Below are positions 7,750 to 18,720 of a DNA stretch of 64,000 nt, piece after piece. A model generated the notes under the pieces. The model was not told where the DNA came from and searched no databases. It saw nothing but the letters and a program-made list of their open reading frames with translations. Both the position numbers and the translations under genes were made by a program. Each line of letters starts with the position of its first letter. The first letter of the stretch is position 1. The stretch covers positions 1 through 64,000 of IMG/VR virus record IMGVR_UViG_3300045988_027877; one strand, written 5' to 3'. The DNA is from a virus.

Positions 7750-7826
7750 TGGGGTATAACGTAATTGGCAGCGTCGCCGGCTCTAACCCGGTATGATTTG
7801 TGTGGGTTCGAATCCTACTGCCCCAA
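7750..7826 (+). tRNA. suppressor tRNA, anticodon CUA (reads UAG); acceptor stem resembles tRNA-Gln
   Basis: Hand-folded cloverleaf:
- acceptor tggggta / tgcccca (U1-A72)
- D arm acgt-aattggca-gcgt
- anticodon arm gccgg-CT[CTA]AC-ccggt, anticodon at 7783-7785
- 9-nt variable region
- T arm gtggg-ttcgaat-cctac
- discriminator A, with encoded CCA at 7827-7829. Confidence 0.85.
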
Positions 7827-7843
7827 CCAATTGATTTTTTACT

Positions 7844-8485
7844 ATGTCGTACAGAGATATTGATCCTAAATTAGCAGGTATATATATATTCAAAAATAAT
7901 ATTAACAATAAGTGTTATATAGGACAAGGAGTATCGTTGAGAAAAAGAATAAAACATCATTTTAGTAATATAAAGACTAAACGTTACGATTTACCACTAT
8001 ATAAGGCTATTGAGAAACATGGCATTCATAACTTTACTATAGATATATTAGAATCATTTATTCCTGATACTAGTCTAACCTTAGAGGAATTAATTAAGAA
8101 GTTAGACGATTTAGAAATAAAGTATATCGAGTTATATAAAGCTTATACGGAAGGTTATAACTGTACTAGAGGTGGAGATTATGGAGTTTTAGGGTTGAAG
8201 ATGACTAAAGAACAGAAGCAAAAGATTTCTGAAATATCTAAACAAAGAGCTCAAAATTACTATAAGCCTATCTACTTATACAATATAAAGGATAAATCTA
8301 TTATATATGCAATTAGTGTAACTCATGCCGCTAATATAGTAGGCTTTCATAGATCTTGTATTATAAGATGTGCCAAAGGAGAATATAACGAGACTCATGG
8401 ATATTTAATTGCTTATACAGAAGAGGAATTAAATACAAAAATACACTCTTATAAGAGGAGTAAGTATAATAGTATAAAGAGTTAA
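7844..8485 (+). CDS. GIY-YIG homing endonuclease (free-standing, TAG-free)
   Basis: N-terminal AGIYIFKNNINNKCYIGQGVSLRKRIKHHF is the GIY-YIG motif. 213 aa with no in-frame TAG. The TAA stop lies 2 nt before the terL ATG. Confidence 0.8.
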   Translation: MSYRDIDPKLAGIYIFKNNINNKCYIGQGVSLRKRIKHHFSNIKTKRYDLPLYKAIEKHGIHNFTIDILESFIPDTSLTLEELIKKLDDLEIKYIELYKAYTEGYNCTRGGDYGVLGLKMTKEQKQKISEISKQRAQNYYKPIYLYNIKDKSIIYAISVTHAANIVGFHRSCIIRCAKGEYNETHGYLIAYTEEELNTKIHSYKRSKYNSIKS

Positions 8486-8487
8486 CA

Positions 8488-10539
8488 ATGGTAGATTTCG
8501 AGAAATAGATCAAAAATAGTGACAAGTTTAGAGGCCCAGCGCTATAGTATTTAGCTACTGGGCATTATTGTTAGTACCCTGAAGGAACCTCAGAATTCTT
8601 CGCGTACTGGGATGAATAGATGGATAGAAGTAAGTATGGTTATACTGCTGATGATGGAGACTTTATCAGTGGGTATAACTATTTTTATTTAAACTTCTGT
8701 CCTATTCAGAGAATCATCTATAACACTATTACTAATGCAGATGGTTCTACTACGATAAAGAAAACACGTGATCTACAGTTTCCTGACTTCTATGACTATG
8801 ACTATTACTTCTTCTAGGCAGTAGAACAAGCTGAAACAGAAGGTAAACACTTGTGTGCATTAAAGAGTAGACGTAAAGGTTACTCATATAAGAATGCTGC
8901 TATGGCGTGTCGTAATTACTATCTGTTTGCAGGTAGTAAGACATATATCTATGCTAGTAATAAGCAGTACCTTACTGAGGATGGTATACTTACTAAGGCT
9001 TGGGACTACATGGACTTCATAGACAAGAATACAGCTTGGGGTAAGAAGAGATCTGTAAATACTTAGATGCGTAAACGTGCTGGTTTCTATACTAAGGACG
9101 AGTATGGTAATGAGGTTGAATTAGGCTTTAAATCAGAGATTATTGGTGTTACTTTGAAGGATAATCCAGACGTAGTACGTGGTAAAGCAGGTAAGCTTAT
9201 TATATTCGAAGAAGCTGGTTCTTTCTCTGAATTAGGTGCAGCATGGCAGATTGCTAGACCGTCTGTAGAACAGGACGGTATGGCGTTTGGTACTATGATC
9301 GCATTCGGTACTGGTGGTGATGAAGATAGCCATTTTGAGACTCTTAAAGATATGTTCTATAACCCAGATGGTTACAACTGTCTAGGCTTTGATAACATAT
9401 GGGACGAGACTCCATCTGATAAGAAGTGTGGATTCTTTATACCACAGTATACTAACATGGACTTCCGTGATGATAAAGGTAACCGTCTGTATATGGATGT
9501 AGATGGTAACACATTACGTAAGAAATCCCTAGAGTATATACTAACAGATCGTAGAAAAGTAATAGAGAATGCTACCAACTCTGTAGCAGTAGATAGATAC
9601 GTCGCAGAACACTGTATAACGCCCTAGGAGGCATGTTTGGAGTTCGGAGGTAATATCTTCCCTAAGAAGGAGTTACAAGAGCAATTAGCCAAGATTAGGA
9701 TCAATAAACACCTAAGTAATCATAAGTAGGTAGGTGACTTAGTATGGAATACAGATGGATCCCTCAAATGGGTTATTAAGAAGTTAGGAGATATAACTCA
9801 TTACCCATTGAAGAGAGATGATGACCCAACTGGTTCTATAGTAATATGGGAACACCCAGTACCAGATGCCCCTATAGGTTTATACATACTTGGGGTAGAC
9901 CCATATGACCACGACTAGTCAGGTACTAATTCATTAGGCTCTACATTCGTTTATAAGCGATTCTAGAGCTTTGAGAATTATTATGATATAATAGTCGCTG
10001 AATACACTGGAAGGCCTTAGACGGCAGAAGAATACTACGAGAACCTGCGTAAACTAGCAATATACTACAATGGTAGGATAATGTATGAGAATGAGCGTAA
10101 AGGTCTATTCCCATACTTCACAGCTAAGCATTGTGACTACTTACTTGCTGATCAACCAGATATTATATCAGATATAGTTGGTAATTCCAAAGTATAGAGA
10201 AAGAAGGGTTGTCACATGAATAAACAGATTAAGCAATGGGGTGAAGGCTTAATCAAAGACTGGTTAAATGAAGAACAAGCACCCGGTAAGAAGAACTTAC
10301 ACAACATACTATCAGAGCCGCTATTAGAAGAACTTATAAGCTATAATGACACAGGAAACTTCGATAGGGTCATGGCGTTGATGCAAGTAATGATCTATAG
10401 AGAACAGCTCTATAATCTCAAGGTTAAAGAAAAGAAAAAAGAGAATAAGAATAGGGTGCTGTTTGAAGGACCTATCTTTACTCAAGCGTGGTTTCATGAC
10501 GATGAAGTCACAGATAATTTAGAAGCATATATGTTTTAA
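8488..10539 (+). CDS. terL: terminase large subunit (12 in-frame TAG)
   Basis: Track fragments 8620, 8851, 9067 and 10216 share a frame with ATG 8488. I traced 8488-10539 and found only TAG interruptions. Motifs: FYLNFCPI, ALKSRRKGYS (Walker-A-like), LIIFEEAG (Walker B), GVDPYDHD (nuclease). TAA stop. Confidence 0.85.
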
Positions 10540-10541
10540 CT

Positions 10542-13046
10542 ATGAAGAATATTAATCAGTTCCCTATTTAGAAGTTACCCATGTCTAAGAAGACTCAAGC
10601 TTGGAGAGAGTCTTGTGTAGACTACATAGTAGGAAAGAGTATGGGTGGCTCTAGAAATGGTAATAACAGAACTCGCAAGGAAGAGATGTAGACATACTAT
10701 GATCTGTATAATAGTATATACAATGAGAAGGATCTAAAGTATGTTACAAACCCATTCAAGCAAGAAGATGGATTCCCTGCAATGGCTTAGGATTATAATA
10801 TAATCAAGCCTAAAATTGACCTATTACTTGGTGAGGAGACTAAGAGACCGTTTAACTTTAAAGTGGTACGTACTAGTGATATAGCTACCAGCGAAATGCA
10901 AGACAAAGCTAAGTAGATGCTAATAGACTATATACAGGCTAGTATCATGAGTAAGTTAGGACCAGAAGAACAAGCTAGATATCAGCAAGCTTTACAGTCT
11001 GGTGAGATTATGCCTCCTGAACAGATACAGAAATACATGAGTAAAGACTATAAAGATATAGCAGAGATTACTGCTTACCATAGTCTTAACTACTTGAAGA
11101 ACAAGTTGAACATTACTCATGAGTTCTATAAAGGTTGGAAAGATGCATTAATAGGTGGTGAAGAGATATACTATGTTGGTATACAGAATGGCAATCCGTG
11201 CCTTGAACGCATCAATCCTCTTTACTTTGATTATGATACTGATACATCTGATCTAGAGTTCATTCATGATGCACAATGGTGCGTATATGAGATGAAACTA
11301 TCAGCTACAGATATCTATGATAGATACTATGACAAACTGTCTGAGAAGTAGTTAAATCAGCTGTTAGACATGATGGAAGATAGTGCTAAAGGTGGTATTA
11401 ACCCTGAAGTAAGAAAGACGTCTATGGACTTCCCACACTTCAAGATGCATAATATTAACGGTTTCACTACTAACCCATTTGATTCATCTAGCAGTATAAG
11501 TGTATGGCACTGTTGCTGGCAGTCATTCAGAAAGATAGCATTCGTAACTATAGCTGACCCTGAAACAGGGGAACCAGTAGAATATATTGTAGACGAGTCA
11601 TACAATGAGACTGGTATGGAAGTTAGTGTAGAATGGAAATGGATTATTGAAACATGGGAAGGATATAGAGCAGGTGAAAACTTATACTTTGGTATAGAAC
11701 CTCTTGAATATCAACATGTATCAGCTGATAATCCTAATGCACAAAGACTCCCTTATACTGGTGTAGTATATAATAATACTAACAGTAGACCTAGATCATT
11801 AGTAAGTATGATGAAACCATTACAGTATATGTATATTGTACTGTGGTATAGATTAGAGTTAGCAATGGCTAGAGATAAGGGTAAAGTAGTAAATATGGAT
11901 ATTACTTAGATACCTAAGTCTATGAATATTGATGTTGCTAAGTGGATGCATTACCTGTCTGCACTAGGAGTTAACTTTATTAACCCTTATGAAGAAGGTT
12001 GGGATATACCTGGTAGAGAAGGTGGAAAACCATCATAGTTCAACCAAATTACAGCTTTAGACCTTACTATGGCTAATACTATAGATCAATACATCAAGTT
12101 GATGGATAAGATTGAATCTATGTTAGCTGAGATTACTGGTGTATCTAAACAGAGAGAAGGAGCTATTTCATCTAATGAATTAGTAGGTAATGTAGAGAGA
12201 TCTGTGATACAGTCTGCTCATATTACTGAACCATGGTTCTGGACTCATAACCAAGTAAAGAGAGAGACATTAGTAATGTTACTCAATACTGCTAGATACG
12301 CTTGGAAGGATACTAAGACATCATTACAGTATGTATTTGATGATGCAACTAGAGCATTCATAACACTGTCAGATCAGTTGTTCTATGAGGATCTAGACGT
12401 ATTCGTAGAAGATACTACTAAGAATCAACAGAACCTCGAAGCATTGAAGAATTTAATGCAGCCAGCTATGTAGAATGGAGCTAGCCTGCTTGATATAGCT
12501 GAGATTATTACTTTGGATAATGTCAATATGATCAAGAATAGATTAGAAGAAATCGAGCAGAAACGTATGGAACAACAGCAGGCTATGGAACAAGCTCAAG
12601 CTGAACGTGAACAGCAAATGGCTCAAATGGAAAATGAAGTTAGAGAAGAAGAGTTGATGATAGAAGAAGCTAAGCTCGATCTTGAGAAGTATAAGATTGA
12701 TGCTGATAATGCTACAAAGATTACGGTAGCTCAGCTTAATGCTTATAGAGGTACAGAGGATATGGATCAGAATGATAATGGTATTCCAGATACTATGGAA
12801 ATAGCAGCACAAGCATTAGAAGAGAGAAAACAGATGTCAGACGAAGCTTCTAAACAACTTGATATTAGAGCTAAGATGAGAGAACAGGATCTTAAGAGAG
12901 ATATCGAGAATAAGAAGATAGAACTCGAAAAACAGAAGTTACAAGCTCAGAAGGATATTCAGAAGCAAAAGGACCAAGCCGCTTTGGAAAGAGAGAGAAT
13001 TAAAGCTAGAACGGCATTGAAGAATAAAGTAGCAGGAGAGAAGTAA
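10542..13046 (+). CDS. portal protein (8 in-frame TAG) with Gln/Glu-rich coiled-coil C-terminus
   Basis: Fragments 10917, 11370, 12069 and 12513 share the frame of ATG 10542; the gaps were traced and contain only TAG. About 834 aa, placed directly after terL. TAA stop. Confidence 0.75.
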
Positions 13047-13426
13047 TGAAGGTAATACAGAATAAACTAATACCATTTAAGGGTTACTCATACATTAACC
13101 TGTTTGGTTTGATATTTACTAGAGATAAAAGTAAAATATCAGCTAAGTCCTACAACCATGAGAAGATTCATCTCAAGTAGATGTAGGAGATGTTATGGAT
13201 ACCATTCTATCTATGGTATGGCATTGAATACATTCTTATAAGATTATGCAGACTATTTTCTAAACAAAGTACTGTTTACCACGATGTATCTTTTGAAGAA
13301 GAAGCATATAATAACCAAGATGATTACACGTATCCTGAAACTAGAAAGCATTACTCTTGGTTGAAGTATCTTAAAATTGGTAGCTTTAAGGAAAGATGGA
13401 CAGAAACGCGTTTAAACAAAGGATGA
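13046..13426 (+). CDS. hypothetical membrane-associated protein (two in-frame TAG)
   Basis: MKVIQNKLIPFKGYSY...NHEKIHLK[TAG]M[TAG]EMLWIPFYLWYG... The ATG overlaps the portal stop; TGA stop. Confidence 0.5.
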
Positions 13427-14652
13427 AAGCATTTAAGACTTATCGGGAGTAGAATCCCGGTAAGACTTATTTTGACTTCAAAGCCTATGCAGATGGAGGA
13501 GAAATACCACCATCTAACAAGCCTGTAATACCTGAAGAGCCTCAACCATATAAGGGTAAATTATATAAGGATAGATATGGTCGTAAGTATACTGAAAGTC
13601 AGTTGGATGATTATTATGACAATAGTACTGATGAAATTGATAGATTCACTGGGAAACCATTCGTCAGAGGATTGAAGCCTGTAGGTGATATTGAAGATGC
13701 TGCTAACATGACTCCAGTTGGAGATGCAATATCAGCATATGATATATACAGTTCTATTAAGTAGTCAGACTGGGAAGGTGCTGGATTAGCTGCAATGGGG
13801 TTGATACCGTTTATGCCTACCGGTGGTAATAAACTGTTCAGAAGATCTGCAACTAAACCAAAGAGTACTTATATCCCTAAAGTAGATCCTAATTATAAGT
13901 AGAAAGTAATTAGTAAAGCCCTTAATGAACAAGAGGCTTACAGCACCATGCCTTAGAGCGTTGTAGAGGAGATTACGGATCAGCGTAACAGAAGTTATGA
14001 GTTGATGCAAGAACCTTACGCTAGAAAGAGGGCAAAACAAGTTGATGAACAATACGGTACAGATTATCTTAAAGTGTACGATAGTATGCTAGATAAGTAC
14101 GTAGACATCAACGAATATTTCAAACTTCCAGAACCACAGTATAAATAGATGGAAAGACCAACTATAGCTGCTCAGGTAACTCCAGCTAAGGGTACTACCA
14201 TGTATTTTAATAGAGATATAATAAAGACTCCTGAAGATATTCCTAATAGTGTAGTACTTCATGAAATGGGTCACTTGGTTGACGGTGCAGCTGGAATGAA
14301 TAATGAATTCTTAAAGAAGCTTGGAGATAAGAGTAAGTTTATACCTTTTAATCAAGCCAAGACGATGTATCCGAATATGACAAGAGAAATGTATAATAAC
14401 ATATTACAGGGTACTGAAATCAAGAGTTACATGAATCAGTTTAGAAGCTATCTGCAAGAGAAGGGTAAACTGAATAAGGGAAATTATACGGGAAGCTATA
14501 AGAATCTTAGACAAGACTTATTAGAAGCTCCTAGAGAAAGCTTTAACAACATTAAAGCAATCTTTAATCTCTATAGAAGTCCTAAGTTGTTTAACGAGGA
14601 CTTTAATATGATTCCTGTAGTTAGTACTGACTCAAATCGCGATATGGTATGA
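13396..14652 (+). CDS. putative virion zinc metalloprotease (HEMGH), 5 in-frame TAG
   Basis: Frame traced from ATG 13396 into track ORF 14149..14652. Contains VVLHEMGHLVDGAAG (HExxH). TGA stop in an ATGA overlap. Confidence 0.55.
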
Positions 14653-15032
14653 AAACAATATCTAAGGCTAATAATTACTTAGAAACTGATTTCTTGAAGT
14701 ACGCGAGAGCAATCCTAACTCAGGAAGACTATGTAAATAAGTTCAAAAATGGTGGTACTTATGATCTTATCCTAGATGACGAGTCTATGGAGCAAATAAG
14801 AAAAGAAGAAAATAAACCTCTATTTAATCCAAAAAGACATTCCGAATACTCTCCAGAACTATCAGAAATAGAAGTGCGCTCTTTAGAAGACCCCGACTTA
14901 TTTACTAAAGAAGAATTAGTTGAGATTCTAAACACAGTAATACTTAAATATATAAATTGGGAGGACCTATCAAATGAGCGACCTGATAGACACAGCACTG
15001 ATACTACCTCAGTATCCGATACCTAGTTATAA
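14649..15032 (+). CDS. hypothetical protein
   Basis: Track ORF 14649..15026 ends at TAG and continues for one more sense codon before a TAA stop at 15030-15032. Confidence 0.45.
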
Positions 15033-15207
15033 GGATGGTGGTATACATATCAAAAAGAAAAACAGAGGTAAGTTCAATGCTTTAAAAAAGAGAACAGGTA
15101 AGAGTACCGAAGAACTTACTCATAGTAAGAATCCATTGACACGCAAACGTGCTATCTTTGCACAGAATGCTAAGAAATGGAAACACAAAGGAAGAAAGAA
15201 AAAATAA
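14974..15207 (+). CDS. small highly basic protein
   Basis: 77 aa, Lys/Arg rich. GGGAGG lies 8 nt upstream of the ATG. Overlaps the previous ORF in another frame. Confidence 0.45.
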   Translation: MSDLIDTALILPQYPIPSYKDGGIHIKKKNRGKFNALKKRTGKSTEELTHSKNPLTRKRAIFAQNAKKWKHKGRKKK

Positions 15208-15224
15208 TCTAATTATATATAATT

Positions 15225-16388
15225 ATGGACGAAATTACATTAAACGGTTTTGAAGTATTTGAAGACTTCCTGCCAGGAGCTAATGTACCTAAGAAAGAAA
15301 CACAGCCCGCTGGCAATGATGATAACAATGAAGATATCCTAGATGGTGTAGGTGAATCAATGACAGACGAGGAGCTGGAAGCATTGCGTAATCCTAAGAA
15401 AGAAGAGGATACAAAGGATGATAAACAGGAAGAAGTAGTTGAAGAACCTGTTAAAGAGCCTAAAAAAGAAAGTAAGAAAGAGGATAAGAAACCAGAATCT
15501 GAAGAAGAGATCGAAGAAGAAGTAGTTGAAGAACCTACTAATGAACCAGATAGTAATGCAGTAAGTGCATTCTTTGGTGTAATGGCAGAGAAATTCGGAT
15601 GGGAAATGGGTGACGATGATGAAGTACCTAGTACACCTGAAGAGTTGGTAGACTATTTCCAAGCAGTAATTGAAGAGAATTCAGTACCACAGTATGCTAG
15701 TGAAGAAGTAGAAGCACTGGATAATTTCGTAAAGAATGGCGGTAACTTGAGAGATTACTTTGAGATTGATGGTGAACTTGATCTAGAAGACTTTAGCATT
15801 GAAGACAATGAAGTAAACCAGAAGATCATACTTAAAGAGTTCCTTAAAGAAAAAGGTTATAGTAATAAGCAGATTGATAAGAAACTTACTAAGTATGAAG
15901 ATGCTGGATTACTTGAAGATGAAGCAGAAGATGCTTTAGAAGCTCTGAAAGAGATCAGAGAGAATAAGAAACAACAGCTATTGAAAGATCAAGAAAACCA
16001 AGCTAAGGAAGCTGCTAGACGTCAACAGGAGTATTTTAATAGCGTTGTCAACGAAATAAAAGGTATGCAAGATATACGCGGTATCAAAATTCCGGAAAAG
16101 GATAAGAAACAACTGTTAGAGTATATCTTTAAACCCGACGCTGATGGTAAGACACAGTACCAGAAAGACTGGTCCAAGAGCGTAAAGAATTTACTCGAGT
16201 CTGCTTACTTTACAATGAAAGGCGATACACTACTTAAAGCTGCAAAGAACGAAGGTTCTAGTGACGCTATCAGTAAGTTCAAAAATAGTTTGAATAAAAC
16301 TGGAGTAAGTAGAAAGACGAAGAAAACGGACAACACTAGCGATATAGATATGTGGAAGTCTTTTGCGCAGCAGTTGCGTGTAAATTAA
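15225..16388 (+). CDS. putative scaffolding protein (acidic, coiled-coil, TAG-free)
   Basis: 387 aa with a very Glu/Lys-rich N-terminal half. Lies immediately upstream of the capsid gene. No TAG; TAA stop. Confidence 0.5.
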   Translation: MDEITLNGFEVFEDFLPGANVPKKETQPAGNDDNNEDILDGVGESMTDEELEALRNPKKEEDTKDDKQEEVVEEPVKEPKKESKKEDKKPESEEEIEEEVVEEPTNEPDSNAVSAFFGVMAEKFGWEMGDDDEVPSTPEELVDYFQAVIEENSVPQYASEEVEALDNFVKNGGNLRDYFEIDGELDLEDFSIEDNEVNQKIILKEFLKEKGYSNKQIDKKLTKYEDAGLLEDEAEDALEALKEIRENKKQQLLKDQENQAKEAARRQQEYFNSVVNEIKGMQDIRGIKIPEKDKKQLLEYIFKPDADGKTQYQKDWSKSVKNLLESAYFTMKGDTLLKAAKNEGSSDAISKFKNSLNKTGVSRKTKKTDNTSDIDMWKSFAQQLRVN

Positions 16389-16423
16389 TAATAAACTAAA
16401 TAAATTAAAATTACTAGTATTTT

Positions 16424-17893
16424 ATGGATAATAATATTCTAAATAACTTAGTTTTATACAAAGGTAAATGGTTTTCAGACTTGATTGACACTGCCAAAAT
16501 CAGTGCAGCTTCGCAATAGAACCCATATCAGGTTGCTACCGTATTGTCTTATGTATTCGGAACTAAGGATAGCGGTTACAACACTTCCTTGGATATGTTG
16601 ACAGGTGGTCTTGGTAACGTTATGACGATTGACCAACCGAGCTGGGAGTGGAGTGTAATGATTGATGCTGATAGAGCAGTTACAATTAGAGATGCAAAAT
16701 GGAATGGTGATGCTATTACTTCTGATTCTACTCCGGGTCTGGGTAATACTCCTATCCAATTGTGGCTTGAAGATAACTGGTTCGGTCCTACAGCTATCTT
16801 GGAATTCGACGATAAAGAATACCAAGTACGTGTAGCTGGTGCTCCTTACCAAGATGGTAACCTTTGGGTTTACACTTGCTTCGTAGCAGACGGACAACCT
16901 TCATCTTATATCCCTGCTGACTTGCTGACTCCGGGTAGCCAAGTATCACGTCTTGCTTCTGCTGTAGAAGAATACAGTGAAGAAGGTGATATCCTGAACT
17001 ATAATACTCATTTCAAAATGCGTAATTATCTGACGACAATTCGTATTAACTATGATATTACTGGTTCAGCTTATTCTACAGTTATGGCTATCGCCCTGAA
17101 AGATCCTAAAACAGGTAAATCTTCTTACTTGTGGGCAGACTATCAGGAATGGGTTGCTATGCGTGAGTGGTATAAGAGATGTGAAAGAATGTTGGTTTAC
17201 ATGAAAAACAATGTAAACAAAGATGGTTCTTGTAACCTGAAAGGTACTAACGGTCGTCCAGTATTTATTGGTGCTGGTTTGCTGGAACAAATTGCTCCAT
17301 CAAATAGACGTTATTACACTGAATTGACAGCAGAACTGTTGGAAGATTTCTTGTTCGATCTTTCTTACAATGTACTGGGTACTAACGAACGTAAGTTTGT
17401 TGGTTTGACTGGTGAAATGGGTATGAGAGAATTCGACAGAATCTTGAAAGAAAAAGTTGTTAACATGAACTTGATTGATACAGTATTCGTAACTGGTTCT
17501 GGTGATAACTTGACTTTCGGTGGTCAATTCAAGACTTACAAGATGACCAATGGAATCGAATTGACTCTGAAATATTTCCCACTTTATGATGACTTGACTT
17601 ACAATCGTAAGTTACATCCGGTTACTAAGAAACCTCTGGAATCTTATCGTATAACATTCCTGGATCTTGGTAGACGTGATGGTGAAGCTAACATCGTAAA
17701 AGTAGTTCGTAAAGGTCGTGAGTTCGTAACTTGGTATACTGGTGGTGCTGTTGCTCCGTCTGGTTATGCTAATTCTAAGAATACTCTGAGATCTAATGGT
17801 AAGGACGGTTATACCGTATACTTCCTTGGTGAAATGGGTATTATGTTGAGAGATCCAAGAGCTTGCGGTGAACTTATCATGGAGGCAGAGTAA
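16424..17893 (+). CDS. major capsid protein (one in-frame TAG)
   Basis: ATG 16424 is in frame with track ORF 16544..17893 through TAG 16517-16519. About 489 aa. Codon usage is visibly different (more ctg, ggt, cgt), and a strong terminator follows. Confidence 0.7.
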
Positions 17894-17916
17894 GAGTTAA
17901 TCTCTCTGTGAACAAA

Positions 17917-17932
17917 GGGGCCTTCGGGCCCC
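17917..17932 (+). terminator. stem-loop terminator after the capsid gene
   Basis: ggggcc-ttcg-ggcccc (6-bp GC stem, UUCG loop). Confidence 0.55.
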
Positions 17933-17967
17933 AAACCCTTATAACTGGATATTCTAATATTTATATT

Positions 17968-18720
17968 ATGGAAGTAATCGTTAAAATTATTAAAAGTAAT
18001 CCTTGGACTGGTATTACTAAATGGCCTACGTGTTTTGATTGGGTTGGATCTTATTGGACAAGATCAGGTAACCGTTACACAGGTCTTACAGAAGAAGACG
18101 CTAGACGTCTAGAAAAAGAAATTGGTTATGCAGAAGGACAGCTGTCATCAACTAGTGAGTTTTGGAAAACTTTCGGTTGCAAGATAGGTAGAGACGGTAT
18201 GATACTGCATACAGAAAACCCTTATGATGAACTTCAATATCTGTTCCTGAAGAGTCATAAAAGAGTAGCAGATGGTATTAATAAGATTAAACCCTCTACT
18301 GATTATGTAATGACTAACAGTGACAATGAGGCAGAAGAAACCAATAGAATCAACAAAGCTAAACGTGAAGCATATAGAGAAATGGATAAGATGTCTATTG
18401 AAGATATGCGTAAGTGTTTGAGACTCTATGGTATTAAGTCTGATACTATGTCTAATGAGCTTGTAGAAGCTAAGATGGCAGAGAAGATTGAAGAGTCACC
18501 TAAGAACTTCATGTTGAAGTGGGTTGATAATCCTAATAAAGAAATTAACTTCGTAATTGAAGAAGCCATCTCTAAAAACATTATCAGAAAGAACAGAGCT
18601 AATTATTACTTTGGTACTGACTTGATTGGTAATGGTCTTGAAGATGTTATTGCTTACTTGAAAGACAAGAAGAACAGTGACATTAAGATGGCAATACTTA
18701 ATGAAATTAAGTCTAAATAA
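17968..18720 (+). CDS. hypothetical structural protein (TAG-free)
   Basis: In-frame ATG (MEVIVKIIKSNPW...) downstream of the terminator, within track ORF 17908..18720. Confidence 0.55.
   Translation: MEVIVKIIKSNPWTGITKWPTCFDWVGSYWTRSGNRYTGLTEEDARRLEKEIGYAEGQLSSTSEFWKTFGCKIGRDGMILHTENPYDELQYLFLKSHKRVADGINKIKPSTDYVMTNSDNEAEETNRINKAKREAYREMDKMSIEDMRKCLRLYGIKSDTMSNELVEAKMAEKIEESPKNFMLKWVDNPNKEINFVIEEAISKNIIRKNRANYYFGTDLIGNGLEDVIAYLKDKKNSDIKMAILNEIKSK

Noticed and set aside
7844-8487. A group I intron, or an intron-encoded context, for either GIY-YIG endonuclease.
   Set aside because: terL begins with its own ATG and a conserved N-terminus right after the first endonuclease. The genes flanking the second endonuclease are complete and overlap it. 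I saw no split exons and no intron-like structured flanks.
12543-12812. Minus-strand ORFs inside the plus-strand structural block: 9372..9578, 11357..11605, 12543..12812, 13351..13545, 13786..14052, 15357..15662, 16475..16897, 17066..17527, 20249..21088, 23361..23750, 32274..32612, 39555..40179, 41578..41871 and others.
   Set aside because: They lie fully inside long, motif-supported plus-strand genes. They have low-complexity or odd composition and are typical antisense shadow ORFs in AT-rich sequence.
14940-15032. Programmed frameshift joining 14649..15032 to 14974..15207.
   Set aside because: The downstream ORF has its own ATG with a GGGAGG element 8 nt upstream, and I saw no slippery heptamer. 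Independent initiation is the simpler explanation.
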